Shown: positions 51,364 to 60,115 of the stretch, in pieces
Layout of the letters: each line of letters begins with the position of its first letter
Numbering within the stretch: the first letter of the stretch is position 1
Virus record (IMG/VR): IMGVR_UViG_3300030419_005344
Coordinates: 5,712 to 69,711 of that record
DNA: 64,000 bases
Origin: a virus
Reading direction: 5' to 3' (one strand)
The notes under the pieces: model-generated
What the model was told of the DNA's origin: nothing
Databases searched by the model: none
What the model saw: only the letters and a program-made list of their open reading frames with translations
Translations under genes and position numbers: made by a program

Positions 51364-51668
51364 TTCTCACCTCTAAAAAAGTCTTCTGAGTTAATTGCTT
51401 TATCGCATATTAGCAAATCATAGTGTGGCTTTTCTCCCACACTTAAACCATGGTATTTACAACCCCATGACTTCAATTGATTTTCTGTTACCTCTCTCCA
51501 ATCAATGCCGCTTTGTGCGCCGCGAGCAGTATAATAGGTAATTTTATTACCTTCATCATATAATTTATTAATTTGTTCAATTCTGTTAAGATCAGGAACA
51601 GCATCAGGATACTTACGATCGCCCTTATAAAAACAGATTGTTTCATCCATATCGACATATATAATCAT
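51360..51668 (-). CDS. Minimal HAD phosphatase (capsule-biosynthesis type)
   Basis: 'YVDMDETIC', 'YTARG', 'T..QL..WG', 'KP.YD..ICDKAIN'. Confidence 0.8.
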   Translation of the reverse strand: MIIYVDMDETICFYKGDRKYPDAVPDLNRIEQINKLYDEGNKITYYTARGAQSGIDWREVTENQLKSWGCKYHGLSVGEKPHYDLLICDKAINSEDFFRGEK

Positions 51669-52018
51669 TAATCACCCTTCTTTATTCTGTAGCTATCAGA
51701 ATCAAAATGTTGTGTTGAAAACTCAAATAACTCTGTATCTTCTAGGGCGTACATTTGATGCCGCAGGCCTCGATAAACATGAAATCTGTCTCCGGGTCCT
51801 AATTCTATTTCGTTAGCGTTATTTAAGTTATCTTCATCTGAATATTTTACTAGCATCCTACCAGATTGAATGTAAAATACTTCGTCCTTTAAAATGTGAT
51901 AGTGCCATGAACAACGCTTACCTTTAACAAAGTAAAGCAATTTTCCACAATACTCTTCACAATTAACAATCCATTTTTCAAATCCCCATCCTTTAGGGAC
52001 AAAATTAATATTTTCCAT
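51668..52018 (-). CDS. Cupin, mannose-6-phosphate isomerase type II C-terminal-like
   Basis: 'VPKGWGFEKWI', 'CSWHYHILKDEVFYIQSG', 'RHQM', 'EFST.HFD.DSYR'. Start 52018. Confidence 0.8.
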   Translation of the reverse strand: MENINFVPKGWGFEKWIVNCEEYCGKLLYFVKGKRCSWHYHILKDEVFYIQSGRMLVKYSDEDNLNNANEIELGPGDRFHVYRGLRHQMYALEDTELFEFSTQHFDSDSYRIKKGD

Positions 52019-52019
52019 T

Positions 52020-52754
52020 TTATAAACCTTTGATTGACCAGCCACCATCTACTAATAGTGATTGCCCAGTGATATAAGAAGAGGCAGGAGACGCTAAAAA
52101 TAACGTTGGCCCAATAAGATCAGAGGGAGTACCCCACTTGTTCAGTACAGTTCTACGAGCGCGAGCGTCCCTCTTGTCTAGATTAGTCCAGCTTTCACCC
52201 GTCATTTTTGTTTTAATGTATCCGGGTGCTATGGCATTGACTCTAATTTTCTTTGAACCCAGATCTAATGACATAGATCGAGTTAATCCTGCCAGAGCAG
52301 TCTTGGAAGCTACATATGCTGGGTTATTAGGGAACGCTAGGGAGGCGTTTAAACTTGTTATATTGATAACGCTTGGCGTTGAGGACTTTTCCAAGAGTGG
52401 CACTAATTTGGTTGTTAACTTAAATGGAACATCAATATTCACAGCGAATGTCTTGTGCCAAGATTCAAAGCAATATGAACCTTCTTGTGGTATAGTTATG
52501 CCGGCACAATTTAATAACACGTCTAGTTTTCCGTGAGTTTTTTCTACAAAATCATATATGGTTTTTAAAGATTTCAAATCAGTTAAATCTAAACTAAACC
52601 GGTGCGACAAAGCGTATTCATTTTCTGGAAATGATATGTCGGCGCCAATCACAATCGCCCCCGATTGGGAAAGCGCGTTGGCCAACTCATAACCTATACC
52701 TCTTCCCGCGCCTGTTACAAGGCATATTTTGTTCTCAACAGAAAATATACTCAC
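52020..52754 (-). CDS. SDR family oxidoreductase (gluconate/2-deoxygluconate dehydrogenase-like)
   Basis: 'TGAGRGIG', 'LNCAGI', 'YVASK', 'NAIAPGY', 'YITGQSLLVDGG'. Confidence 0.88.
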   Translation of the reverse strand: MSIFSVENKICLVTGAGRGIGYELANALSQSGAIVIGADISFPENEYALSHRFSLDLTDLKSLKTIYDFVEKTHGKLDVLLNCAGITIPQEGSYCFESWHKTFAVNIDVPFKLTTKLVPLLEKSSTPSVINITSLNASLAFPNNPAYVASKTALAGLTRSMSLDLGSKKIRVNAIAPGYIKTKMTGESWTNLDKRDARARRTVLNKWGTPSDLIGPTLFLASPASSYITGQSLLVDGGWSIKGL

Positions 52755-53440
52755 TGCACAAACATCCTATTTAGTCTTACCTCTTCAGCTATCATATTAC
52801 CATCATATTTTATGGTGTTAACAATATAATCAGAAATTTCATCTGGCTCCATAAAGGTATCGTAGTCTTGACCTTGCACCAGTTCTCCCATTTTTGTCTT
52901 TATGGATCCCGGTGAAAAACTGTAAACTCTTATCCCATGTTCTTTTAGTTCTGAATATGCAGATCTGGTAAGACCTAATAACGCGTGTTTAGAGGCGCAG
53001 TAAACAGAAGTGTTAGCAAAACCAGCATATGCAGATGAAGACGCGATATTAACAATCCTGCCCCATTGCTTATTTTTCATATGTGGGATAACACTTTTCA
53101 TCATCACAAACGGGGCACGAACATTAACATTGAACGTTTCATTAAAAGTCTCCTCTGTTGTGTCTTCTATTTTCGATACTGGAAAGACGCCGGCGCAGTT
53201 AATTAAAATATCTGGCTTGACCTCTTCCGCCAGTCTTTTTATATCGGACGTGTTTTGAAGATCTAAACATTTAGATCCTAAACAAGATTTATTTGATTGT
53301 TCTATTTGCTTTAAAATGTTTGCATTACGCCCAGTTATAAAGACTTTAACACCGGAAGCAGTCAACTTGTTGATTATTGAACGACCAAGGCCGCCGGTGG
53401 CACCAGTAACTAATGCTACCTTATTATTTAGTGCTGTCAT
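52751..53440 (-). CDS. SDR family oxidoreductase
   Basis: 'TGATGGLG', 'INCAGV', 'GRIVNIASS', 'YCASKHA'. Start moved to 53440. Confidence 0.88.
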   Translation of the reverse strand: MTALNNKVALVTGATGGLGRSIINKLTASGVKVFITGRNANILKQIEQSNKSCLGSKCLDLQNTSDIKRLAEEVKPDILINCAGVFPVSKIEDTTEETFNETFNVNVRAPFVMMKSVIPHMKNKQWGRIVNIASSSAYAGFANTSVYCASKHALLGLTRSAYSELKEHGIRVYSFSPGSIKTKMGELVQGQDYDTFMEPDEISDYIVNTIKYDGNMIAEEVRLNRMFVQ

Positions 53441-54287
53441 TGTAGTTTTGGAACCAATAAGGTGTAGACAGTTTTTCACGGGCGGGCATCTCAGAGTCAT
53501 AGATTCTCTTAACACCATCCCCAAGGGCAGCGGATATGGTTCTAATGTCTCGGACCAACATGTTTAATCCAGATAGGCCCAAAGATGCTGATTGGTCGGA
53601 ACCGTACATTGAGCGATCAACTGTGATATGGCGCTCAATACTAGTAGCACCGAGGGCGGTGGCTGCTAAAGAAATTTGCACCCCTCTCTCATGACCGCTG
53701 TAACCAACTTTTACTCCATATCTTTCGCGTAGTGTAGCCATAACATTTAGGTTTGCCTCTTCATTGTTCATTGGGTACGAAGAGTTACAATGCATCAATT
53801 CAAAGGGGCAATCATGTGATCTAAAAATCTGTACTGCCGCATCAATTTCTTCTAAAGTACTCATACCAGTTGAAATAAACGTGTATTTTCCTTCCTCAGC
53901 AATCTTGTGTAGAAGCGGAGTAACTCTAAGCATTGGCGAAGCAACCTTATTATATTTATGATTATACTGTCTCATAAATTCTTGACTCTCAAGATCCCAA
54001 CAAGATACAAACCATTCGATTCCTACTTCTTTACAGTGTGAATCAATTTCATCATACTCTTCTTTAGAGAATTCAAGACCTAATTTTTGTTCTCGATTAG
54101 TTTTACCAAAAGGACTCTCTCTAGGTCTATCTAGATCCTCTGGAGTGTAGACAAGTTCCACACTTCTCTTTTGAAATTTAACGGCATCGCAGCCAGCAGA
54201 CTTTGCCTCGTCAATTAATCTTTTCGCTAATTCAATGCTTCCGTTATGATTGATGCCTATTTCGGCAATCACTAAAACATCACTCAT
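53424..54287 (-). CDS. neuB: N-acetylneuraminate (nonulosonate) synthase family, short form without the AFP-like domain
   Basis: 'IAEIGINHNG', 'AVKFQ', 'KVAS', 'ISTGMS', 'HC.SSYP', 'GYSGHE', 'IERHITVDR...GSD'. Confidence 0.93.
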   Translation of the reverse strand: MSDVLVIAEIGINHNGSIELAKRLIDEAKSAGCDAVKFQKRSVELVYTPEDLDRPRESPFGKTNREQKLGLEFSKEEYDEIDSHCKEVGIEWFVSCWDLESQEFMRQYNHKYNKVASPMLRVTPLLHKIAEEGKYTFISTGMSTLEEIDAAVQIFRSHDCPFELMHCNSSYPMNNEEANLNVMATLRERYGVKVGYSGHERGVQISLAATALGATSIERHITVDRSMYGSDQSASLGLSGLNMLVRDIRTISAALGDGVKRIYDSEMPAREKLSTPYWFQNYNDSTK

Positions 54288-54343
54288 TTTAACCTCTTTG
54301 TGCTATTTGTGAGCAAATTTAAATTGCTCTTTGTTATACTACT

Positions 54344-54372
54344 ATTATAGCACCAAAAGTAAGCCTTGTCAA
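54344..54372 (-). promoter_or_regulatory. Perfect sigma70 consensus promoter with extended -10
   Basis: Minus strand reads TTGACA-AGGCTTACTTTTGGTGC-TATAAT (17-nt spacer, TGn extension) in the gap upstream of neuB. Confidence 0.9.
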
Positions 54373-54373
54373 A

Positions 54374-55018
54374 TCATATTTTTGAATTTATTACGTTTAA
54401 TAATTTACTTGTCATTAATCTAGATATTAGCTTTTGTTCTTCAGTAGCATTGTGACATGGACTACATTCTTTTGGTCTGTCTTGGTAATAATGAGTCCTT
54501 GGCACAGGTTCCAAATCAAAACCAAAAAGATTAGGTTGAATACCGGCTTTTACACTTAAGAGCACCGCAATGGTTCCTACTTGTAAATTTTGTGTTGAAT
54601 TATATAAAAAGTATTTTTTCAATTCTGGAATGGAATTATATTCGAACAAATACAAATCGTTACTGTTGTGCGTATTGGAGCGTCTGTTAAGCCACGGCCC
54701 AAGATCCGGTGCTGTATATAAGATTTTGCTGTCTCTTAGGTCTCTAACAAAATTTGGAGGTGAATTAGAATACCCCATTTTCTTTATATCATTATTGTTA
54801 AAGACGTGATTGTTCACCACTCTCAAGGTTGTTTTACCACCAACATCCTGTTCATACCCATCTGTAGGGGAACGATTAAACCTAATCACTTCGTCATGCG
54901 AATCAATCAAATTTCCCAGTTTAGAATTTAATAAATTACCGCTAGCGCCTACAATAGCCACTTTTCCTTGTAGAGATAAAAGCGGGGAGACGTAGGGAAT
55001 TTTATAATTAGTCTTCAT
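54374..55018 (-). CDS. GT29-family sialyltransferase-like protein
   Basis: Sialylmotif-L-like '[45 protein letters not shown]', S-like 'GTIAVLLS...LFGF', then 'HYY' and a downstream His. Confidence 0.85.
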   Translation of the reverse strand: MKTNYKIPYVSPLLSLQGKVAIVGASGNLLNSKLGNLIDSHDEVIRFNRSPTDGYEQDVGGKTTLRVVNNHVFNNNDIKKMGYSNSPPNFVRDLRDSKILYTAPDLGPWLNRRSNTHNSNDLYLFEYNSIPELKKYFLYNSTQNLQVGTIAVLLSVKAGIQPNLFGFDLEPVPRTHYYQDRPKECSPCHNATEEQKLISRLMTSKLLNVINSKI

Positions 55019-55068
55019 GCGTTTTGCATTCCTTTATTAGCTTTTAGTTTTGTAACTTGAAAATATTT

Positions 55069-55878
55069 TTACAATAATAAAGTTATTGACTTATAAAGAT
55101 TGTCGTTTGAAAACCATTCCCAATATTCTTGATTGTCATATGAAGGCAAGTCAGCCGAAGTGGCATTCATTTCTTCTAACATTCTATACCAGTTTTTATT
55201 CTGTAGTGGCATTCTAGAGGGCAGCTTCAAGTGGTCACTAATAACAATCGGCCATGAGTTCATTGCCATGGCTTCCCACATTCTTATAGTGCTAGGGCCT
55301 GTTCCGCGAGGACATAGACTATACTTCGTGTCCCCTAGAATTTCTACATATCGGCGGCGATTCTCCTCTTGTCTAGTCGGACTAGATTCAAAATGCCAGC
55401 CGCCCGTATCCACAACATAGCAATCAGCCCTTTTGCTAAAAATATCAAAAATTTTCTGCCTCACCGGATGGGTTGTGAAGGCGCCCACAAAACTAAAAGT
55501 GTATCTTCTTTCATCCCATGGCTTTATCAGTGACGTATCATAACTACAGGCATAGTGTGGTATTGGTAAATATGAATCAAAAACTGTTGCGTGTGGTGTA
55601 AAAACCGTGTGCCCGTTAAAGTTTAAATTTTTAACTTGTATATGCTGGCAAACAAAAAATAACTTTCTTCCTTTTAGATCGTGACATACTTTGTTAATTA
55701 CGGCCTGTACCCAGCCAACTCCTCTGTGGTTTATATTCCAAGCTAAAGGCATCGCAACATAAACATGATCTGTATATATCTGATTTTTATTGTCTAAAAG
55801 TTGATTATAAATTGTTTCCTCTGTTTTTACAGGGTCATCAACAACATCAAAATTTTGTACTTCATATATTTGTAGCAT
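55069..55878 (-). CDS. Exostosin-family (GT47) glycosyltransferase
   Basis: 'FSFVG...HPVRQKI', 'Y...L..TKYSLCPRGTGPSTIRMWEAM.....P.VISD.L.LP'. Confidence 0.8.
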   Translation of the reverse strand: MLQIYEVQNFDVVDDPVKTEETIYNQLLDNKNQIYTDHVYVAMPLAWNINHRGVGWVQAVINKVCHDLKGRKLFFVCQHIQVKNLNFNGHTVFTPHATVFDSYLPIPHYACSYDTSLIKPWDERRYTFSFVGAFTTHPVRQKIFDIFSKRADCYVVDTGGWHFESSPTRQEENRRRYVEILGDTKYSLCPRGTGPSTIRMWEAMAMNSWPIVISDHLKLPSRMPLQNKNWYRMLEEMNATSADLPSYDNQEYWEWFSNDNLYKSITLLL

Positions 55879-56705
55879 TATAGCCTTTTATATTTATCTA
55901 TTAAAATTTTAGAATTACCTTGAAACTGCAAATTGTGAAGCCTTACTTTCTTATCGTGCCTTAGATTGTATCCATACGGCTTATTATCTATAAATTCTAT
56001 CTCTTTTACACCATTAGAAAATTTATATTCATCATCGTAATAGTTCGCTGGATTGTTTATACTGTGGTCGAAACTTGTGCCATCCGGTAGTAGGTTGGTA
56101 ATTATCATGGCCTTGTTTCTTCTAGTAAAGTGCCACAACGCTGTCATGTCACACACACCACCGGGTAGATTATTATTTTTGTGATAATTCCACTTTTCCA
56201 AAAGCTTTCGAAATTCAAATGAATCATTGTACATTTCTATTAAATAATTACAAAACTTATCTAACATGCCCAACGACCAATATGATACTTCACCAGTAGC
56301 AGCTTGTCTAAAATATGGTTGTTTTTTGGGGATAGCCAAAGCTAGATTTGGTTTTCCAATTGCACTATAAACATCAGACAGATTAGAAAATATTAAATTG
56401 TCTGAGTCTCCGTAAAATATATCATCACACTTCATCATTTTGGCAGCATTCCTAACTGCAATCCAGCGAATAAAACACCATTCTTCAAATTTTTGACCTC
56501 CGGTGTGCATATGTTTATACAACTTTAGAAACTTTTCTATGTCTTGGTAACACTCGTTGATGTGAATATGCCTTACGTTATTAAGATTACCAAGATGTTC
56601 ATTGTCGTTATCACCAATAAGCACAACGTCATTTTTCCTTGAAGCTTGTTCAATTGTGGTCTTTAGGTAGGGTTGAAACCCGGCGTGGAAGAAAAATGTC
56701 TTCAT
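55878..56705 (-). CDS. Putative GT-A fold glycosyltransferase
   Basis: 'E.WCFIRW', DxD 'GDSDNL', 'VCDMT', 'LQFQG..K'. Located within the GT run. Confidence 0.55.
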   Translation of the reverse strand: MKTFFFHAGFQPYLKTTIEQASRKNDVVLIGDNDNEHLGNLNNVRHIHINECYQDIEKFLKLYKHMHTGGQKFEEWCFIRWIAVRNAAKMMKCDDIFYGDSDNLIFSNLSDVYSAIGKPNLALAIPKKQPYFRQAATGEVSYWSLGMLDKFCNYLIEMYNDSFEFRKLLEKWNYHKNNNLPGGVCDMTALWHFTRRNKAMIITNLLPDGTSFDHSINNPANYYDDEYKFSNGVKEIEFIDNKPYGYNLRHDKKVRLHNLQFQGNSKILIDKYKRL

Positions 56706-57322
56706 CTTGTTAAAGTAACCTCAGCTAGTTTTTTATATTTTGATTTTTCATACATTTCGACAAAACCAAATGATTTAATAAGTTCAATGCATCTAATTGT
56801 GTCTTCTATTGTCTTACCCGAACAAAAATGATGAAATTCAACACAAATCTGCCTAACAGATTCCGGTATGTATTTTAAGTTTTCTATGACACTGTACTCT
56901 GAGCCCTCTATATCCATCTTAATGACAGAAATATTATCATATGTCTTAAACAGAGTAGGCAAATCAATTGTTTCTGCTAGGTGATGTTCATATTTTGAGA
57001 CTGAATTGTGATCGGGCAATTCTGACTCCGACACATGATCTGGATTTGTGTTACAGAACAACCTTATGATATCATCATTTGCGTGTGTAAGGGCTTTTTT
57101 TAGCAAATAAAAATTGTGTAAATTTGTTTGAGATTCAATAAACTTGTGACTTTTTGGGGTTGGGTCTATGCCAACCACGTTGCAAGAAAGCCTTTCTATA
57201 AGTTCCAAGTCAAAACTAATATCTTCACCAACGCCAGCAGATATTATGGTTGAGCCGCGAGGAATAAGGTCCAGATTTACAAGCCAACCTCCATAATCAG
57301 TGCCAAGCAATTCAATTGCCAT
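56702..57322 (-). CDS. FkbM-family methyltransferase
   Basis: 'YGGW', 'SAGVGEDISFD', 'DPTP', 'KMDIEGSEY', 'QICVEFH'. Confidence 0.85.
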   Translation of the reverse strand: MAIELLGTDYGGWLVNLDLIPRGSTIISAGVGEDISFDLELIERLSCNVVGIDPTPKSHKFIESQTNLHNFYLLKKALTHANDDIIRLFCNTNPDHVSESELPDHNSVSKYEHHLAETIDLPTLFKTYDNISVIKMDIEGSEYSVIENLKYIPESVRQICVEFHHFCSGKTIEDTIRCIELIKSFGFVEMYEKSKYKKLAEVTLTR

Positions 57323-58127
57323 TCAAAAGCTCCAACAAAATTTTATAATTTTTGTTTTCAGTTTGTAAAAAAAGTGCCTTTATTTTGTCCACCAAAAATT
57401 GTCCAAAATTTTCATACTCTAACTCTCGGCTTGTGTGAACATGAAAGTTAACTGCTGGCCTGTTACCAAACCAAACTCTATCATCCTTAACGTGCAACTT
57501 GTCTAGCCTGCTTTTTGTAGAGTGATTGTTAAACCTCCACCATCCTATGTTATAGTTGATTGGCAGATTTAAAGAAACATAATTTCTTTGAACGAACTCC
57601 AGCGGCTGCTGTTCAAAATAAAAACCATACTTTTTGTAATCTACTGACAACTGATGCCATGTATCAAGAAAATGTTTATTTTTTATGTGAAACATCCCAC
57701 CGTTATACAAGCCGTGTTGAGCTTCAACCTGCCAGTTGTTTGTCATGTGTTGGCATATTGCAGCGTCGATATTTTTATTGTTGAACAACTCAAGCACCTC
57801 ATTTTCCAGAGGGTTAACAAACACCATATCAGAGTCTAAAAATAATACCTGCCCATACTCTTCAAGTGACTTATAACAAGCGTCAAACTTAGTCATCATC
57901 ACTTTCATCCAATTATCTTTTTTAACTTCGTCGTTAATATTATGGTCACAATCATCAGTATCTATAACGTTTAGGCAAGTTGTGTTTTTTAAATTATAAA
58001 ATTTATCATACGCAACTTTGTCACATGATAAAAACCAATGACACTTGTGATATTGTTCAAAGCTAGTTTTTAACAAAATAAATTCTGATATAGTTTTTTG
58101 AGTCACAACTGACGCTACTGGTATCAT
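57312..58127 (-). CDS. Nucleotide-diphospho-sugar transferase (GT77/GT8-like GT-A)
   Basis: 'K...C...L....VLFLDSDMVF', 'YNGGMF', 'FEQQ.L', 'YNIGWW', 'FHVH'. Confidence 0.65.
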   Translation of the reverse strand: MIPVASVVTQKTISEFILLKTSFEQYHKCHWFLSCDKVAYDKFYNLKNTTCLNVIDTDDCDHNINDEVKKDNWMKVMMTKFDACYKSLEEYGQVLFLDSDMVFVNPLENEVLELFNNKNIDAAICQHMTNNWQVEAQHGLYNGGMFHIKNKHFLDTWHQLSVDYKKYGFYFEQQPLEFVQRNYVSLNLPINYNIGWWRFNNHSTKSRLDKLHVKDDRVWFGNRPAVNFHVHTSRELEYENFGQFLVDKIKALFLQTENKNYKILLELLNGN

Positions 58128-60115
58128 AAAATTACCGAAGACTGTTGCTCTGTCGTAGAGTTTCTATACATTTTAAAAATTTCTCTTTCTTCGTCTTCTT
58201 TCCAGCTAAAGTTTTCTGGGTTTGTTGAAATTCCAGTAGGATTAAAATAGTATAAGCCAAGAATCGAGCTAATCTTCTTAAACCTGCTTCCCTGACTTGC
58301 TCCTCTTAACCACATCTCCCAGTCACCAGCAGACCTGTACTTCGCATCAAACTCACCATATCTATCGTGATAACTTTTACGCCACATCGGTGAAGCGTGA
58401 GGCATGTTTGACATCTTAAGATTATCTAAACTAAACTGTGGGAAATTATAGCGACGACCTTCCGAACTATTGTTTTCAAATGTTTCATTAGGCTTGTCTG
58501 TGATTGCCATGTCAGCATACACTAGGTCTACGTCATCGTTCGTATAAAGCTCTCTAGCGTGTCTCTCAAGCGAGTTGATTGCCTTTCGGTCATCTAGGTT
58601 AGCGTTGGTAAGATACTCACCAGAAGACATCTCAACGCCCATATTCCACACTCCGTAAATACCGGGGTCTTCTTCAAGGCGCTTGTAAACAATATTGTCT
58701 GGATACTTTTCTAGGTATTCTTGAATAACTTCTTCTTCGCTACCGGGCGAGGCAGCGTTTATCAAAATAAGTTCACACTTATCTTCAAAGATAGTCTGTC
58801 TTGTAATATCTTCCAAGAACGGTCTAATATATTCGTCTCCATCATAAACAGAGGTAATGATGGAAATCTTTGGTAGTTCTTCTACCGAAACTGTAAGCGC
58901 TGGGTCCGGAGTGTTAATCATATAGGAAAGATTCTTGTGCTTCTTATCCCAACTAAACTCTTCACGCACCCAACTTTGTAGATACTCAGCCTTTGCTAGC
59001 CACTTGTCGTAGTGTTTTCTAACCTGCCGCAAGCGCATCTTAAACGAACCTTCGGTTGGGTAGCACCACATGGTATCCTTCTCTAGTACACCGGGCCATA
59101 CAGCGTGCTGCTGAATTGGACCGAGTGTGTAGTCCACCTCGGCAAAGTAAGCCTTACGCTTGTTCTTGTTTTTCTTAGAAGTTGTTTTGAACGGAGCATA
59201 AAGAAAATCAGCCTGCCCAGACCAGCCGGGAGCAATAATTGGAAGCCCACTATAAGCGGCCTCAAAGAGTGGCAGGCCGAAGCCTTCACCATGTGTCAAC
59301 GAAACTAAAGCTTTAATCTTTGGGTGATTGTATAGCGAGTGAATTTCAGCCTCGGACATGTCTCCGTGAAGCAGATAAATCTTACACTTACGCTCTTCAA
59401 GGCTTGGAATAGCCTGTGATACAACTTGCTCAATGTATTCGCGGTCTACAACAGAGTTGTTCTTCAGACTTGTCTTAACAACAAGGCCAACTTCTTGGTC
59501 GTGATTTTCCTCGACAAACCACTTGATAAGGTTGTCCATGTTCTTGCGAGGACCCCACTGTGAAATAGCTAGGTAGTTAAAATCATAATCAAGGTCTAGC
59601 GACACATCAATTGTCTCGTGCTCTTTTACGGGGTATCCTGCTACCTCAACCGGCACATCACATTTAAGATGCATTGGTTGACCAGTCTGCTTGTTTTGGC
59701 CATGATATTCTGTCATGACAAAGCCATTCTTGGAGTGCTCGGAAATGGTAATTACCTTGTCCATAGCGTTGCACATCTCAAGCCAAGTTGGAGAAACCTT
59801 GTTGGTTTCAATCCCGGCGGTCACCCCAATGTTAATCGGTGCCATTCTCTGCCACTCATTGGGGATAGTAACCTGTACTGAGATGTCGTAGGGCAGCTTT
59901 TGATGTAAGTGCTGAGCGCCGGCTGCGACCTTAGCATCAATCCACCTTCTTTCTTCGTCATTAATGGCTAGCCAGCCAGTTTCGCCCCAGCCAGTCGGAA
60001 GAATATGAATGTCTAACTCTGCTTCCTGCAAACGAAGAGCGCGCAGCACAAAACGTGTGTGCTCGCCGTATCCTGACTGTGATAGGGCAGGCCCTCTAAC
60101 TAATACTTTTTTCAC
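58124..60115 (-). CDS. Bifunctional glycosyltransferase: GT4 (N-terminal) plus GT2 (C-terminal)
   Basis: 'SGYG', 'RKN', 'GEGFGLPLFEAA', followed by 'ISIITSVY...NANLDD...DWEMWLR'. Confidence 0.85.
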   Translation of the reverse strand: MKKVLVRGPALSQSGYGEHTRFVLRALRLQEAELDIHILPTGWGETGWLAINDEERRWIDAKVAAGAQHLHQKLPYDISVQVTIPNEWQRMAPINIGVTAGIETNKVSPTWLEMCNAMDKVITISEHSKNGFVMTEYHGQNKQTGQPMHLKCDVPVEVAGYPVKEHETIDVSLDLDYDFNYLAISQWGPRKNMDNLIKWFVEENHDQEVGLVVKTSLKNNSVVDREYIEQVVSQAIPSLEERKCKIYLLHGDMSEAEIHSLYNHPKIKALVSLTHGEGFGLPLFEAAYSGLPIIAPGWSGQADFLYAPFKTTSKKNKNKRKAYFAEVDYTLGPIQQHAVWPGVLEKDTMWCYPTEGSFKMRLRQVRKHYDKWLAKAEYLQSWVREEFSWDKKHKNLSYMINTPDPALTVSVEELPKISIITSVYDGDEYIRPFLEDITRQTIFEDKCELILINAASPGSEEEVIQEYLEKYPDNIVYKRLEEDPGIYGVWNMGVEMSSGEYLTNANLDDRKAINSLERHARELYTNDDVDLVYADMAITDKPNETFENNSSEGRRYNFPQFSLDNLKMSNMPHASPMWRKSYHDRYGEFDAKYRSAGDWEMWLRGASQGSRFKKISSILGLYYFNPTGISTNPENFSWKEDEEREIFKMYRNSTTEQQSSVIL

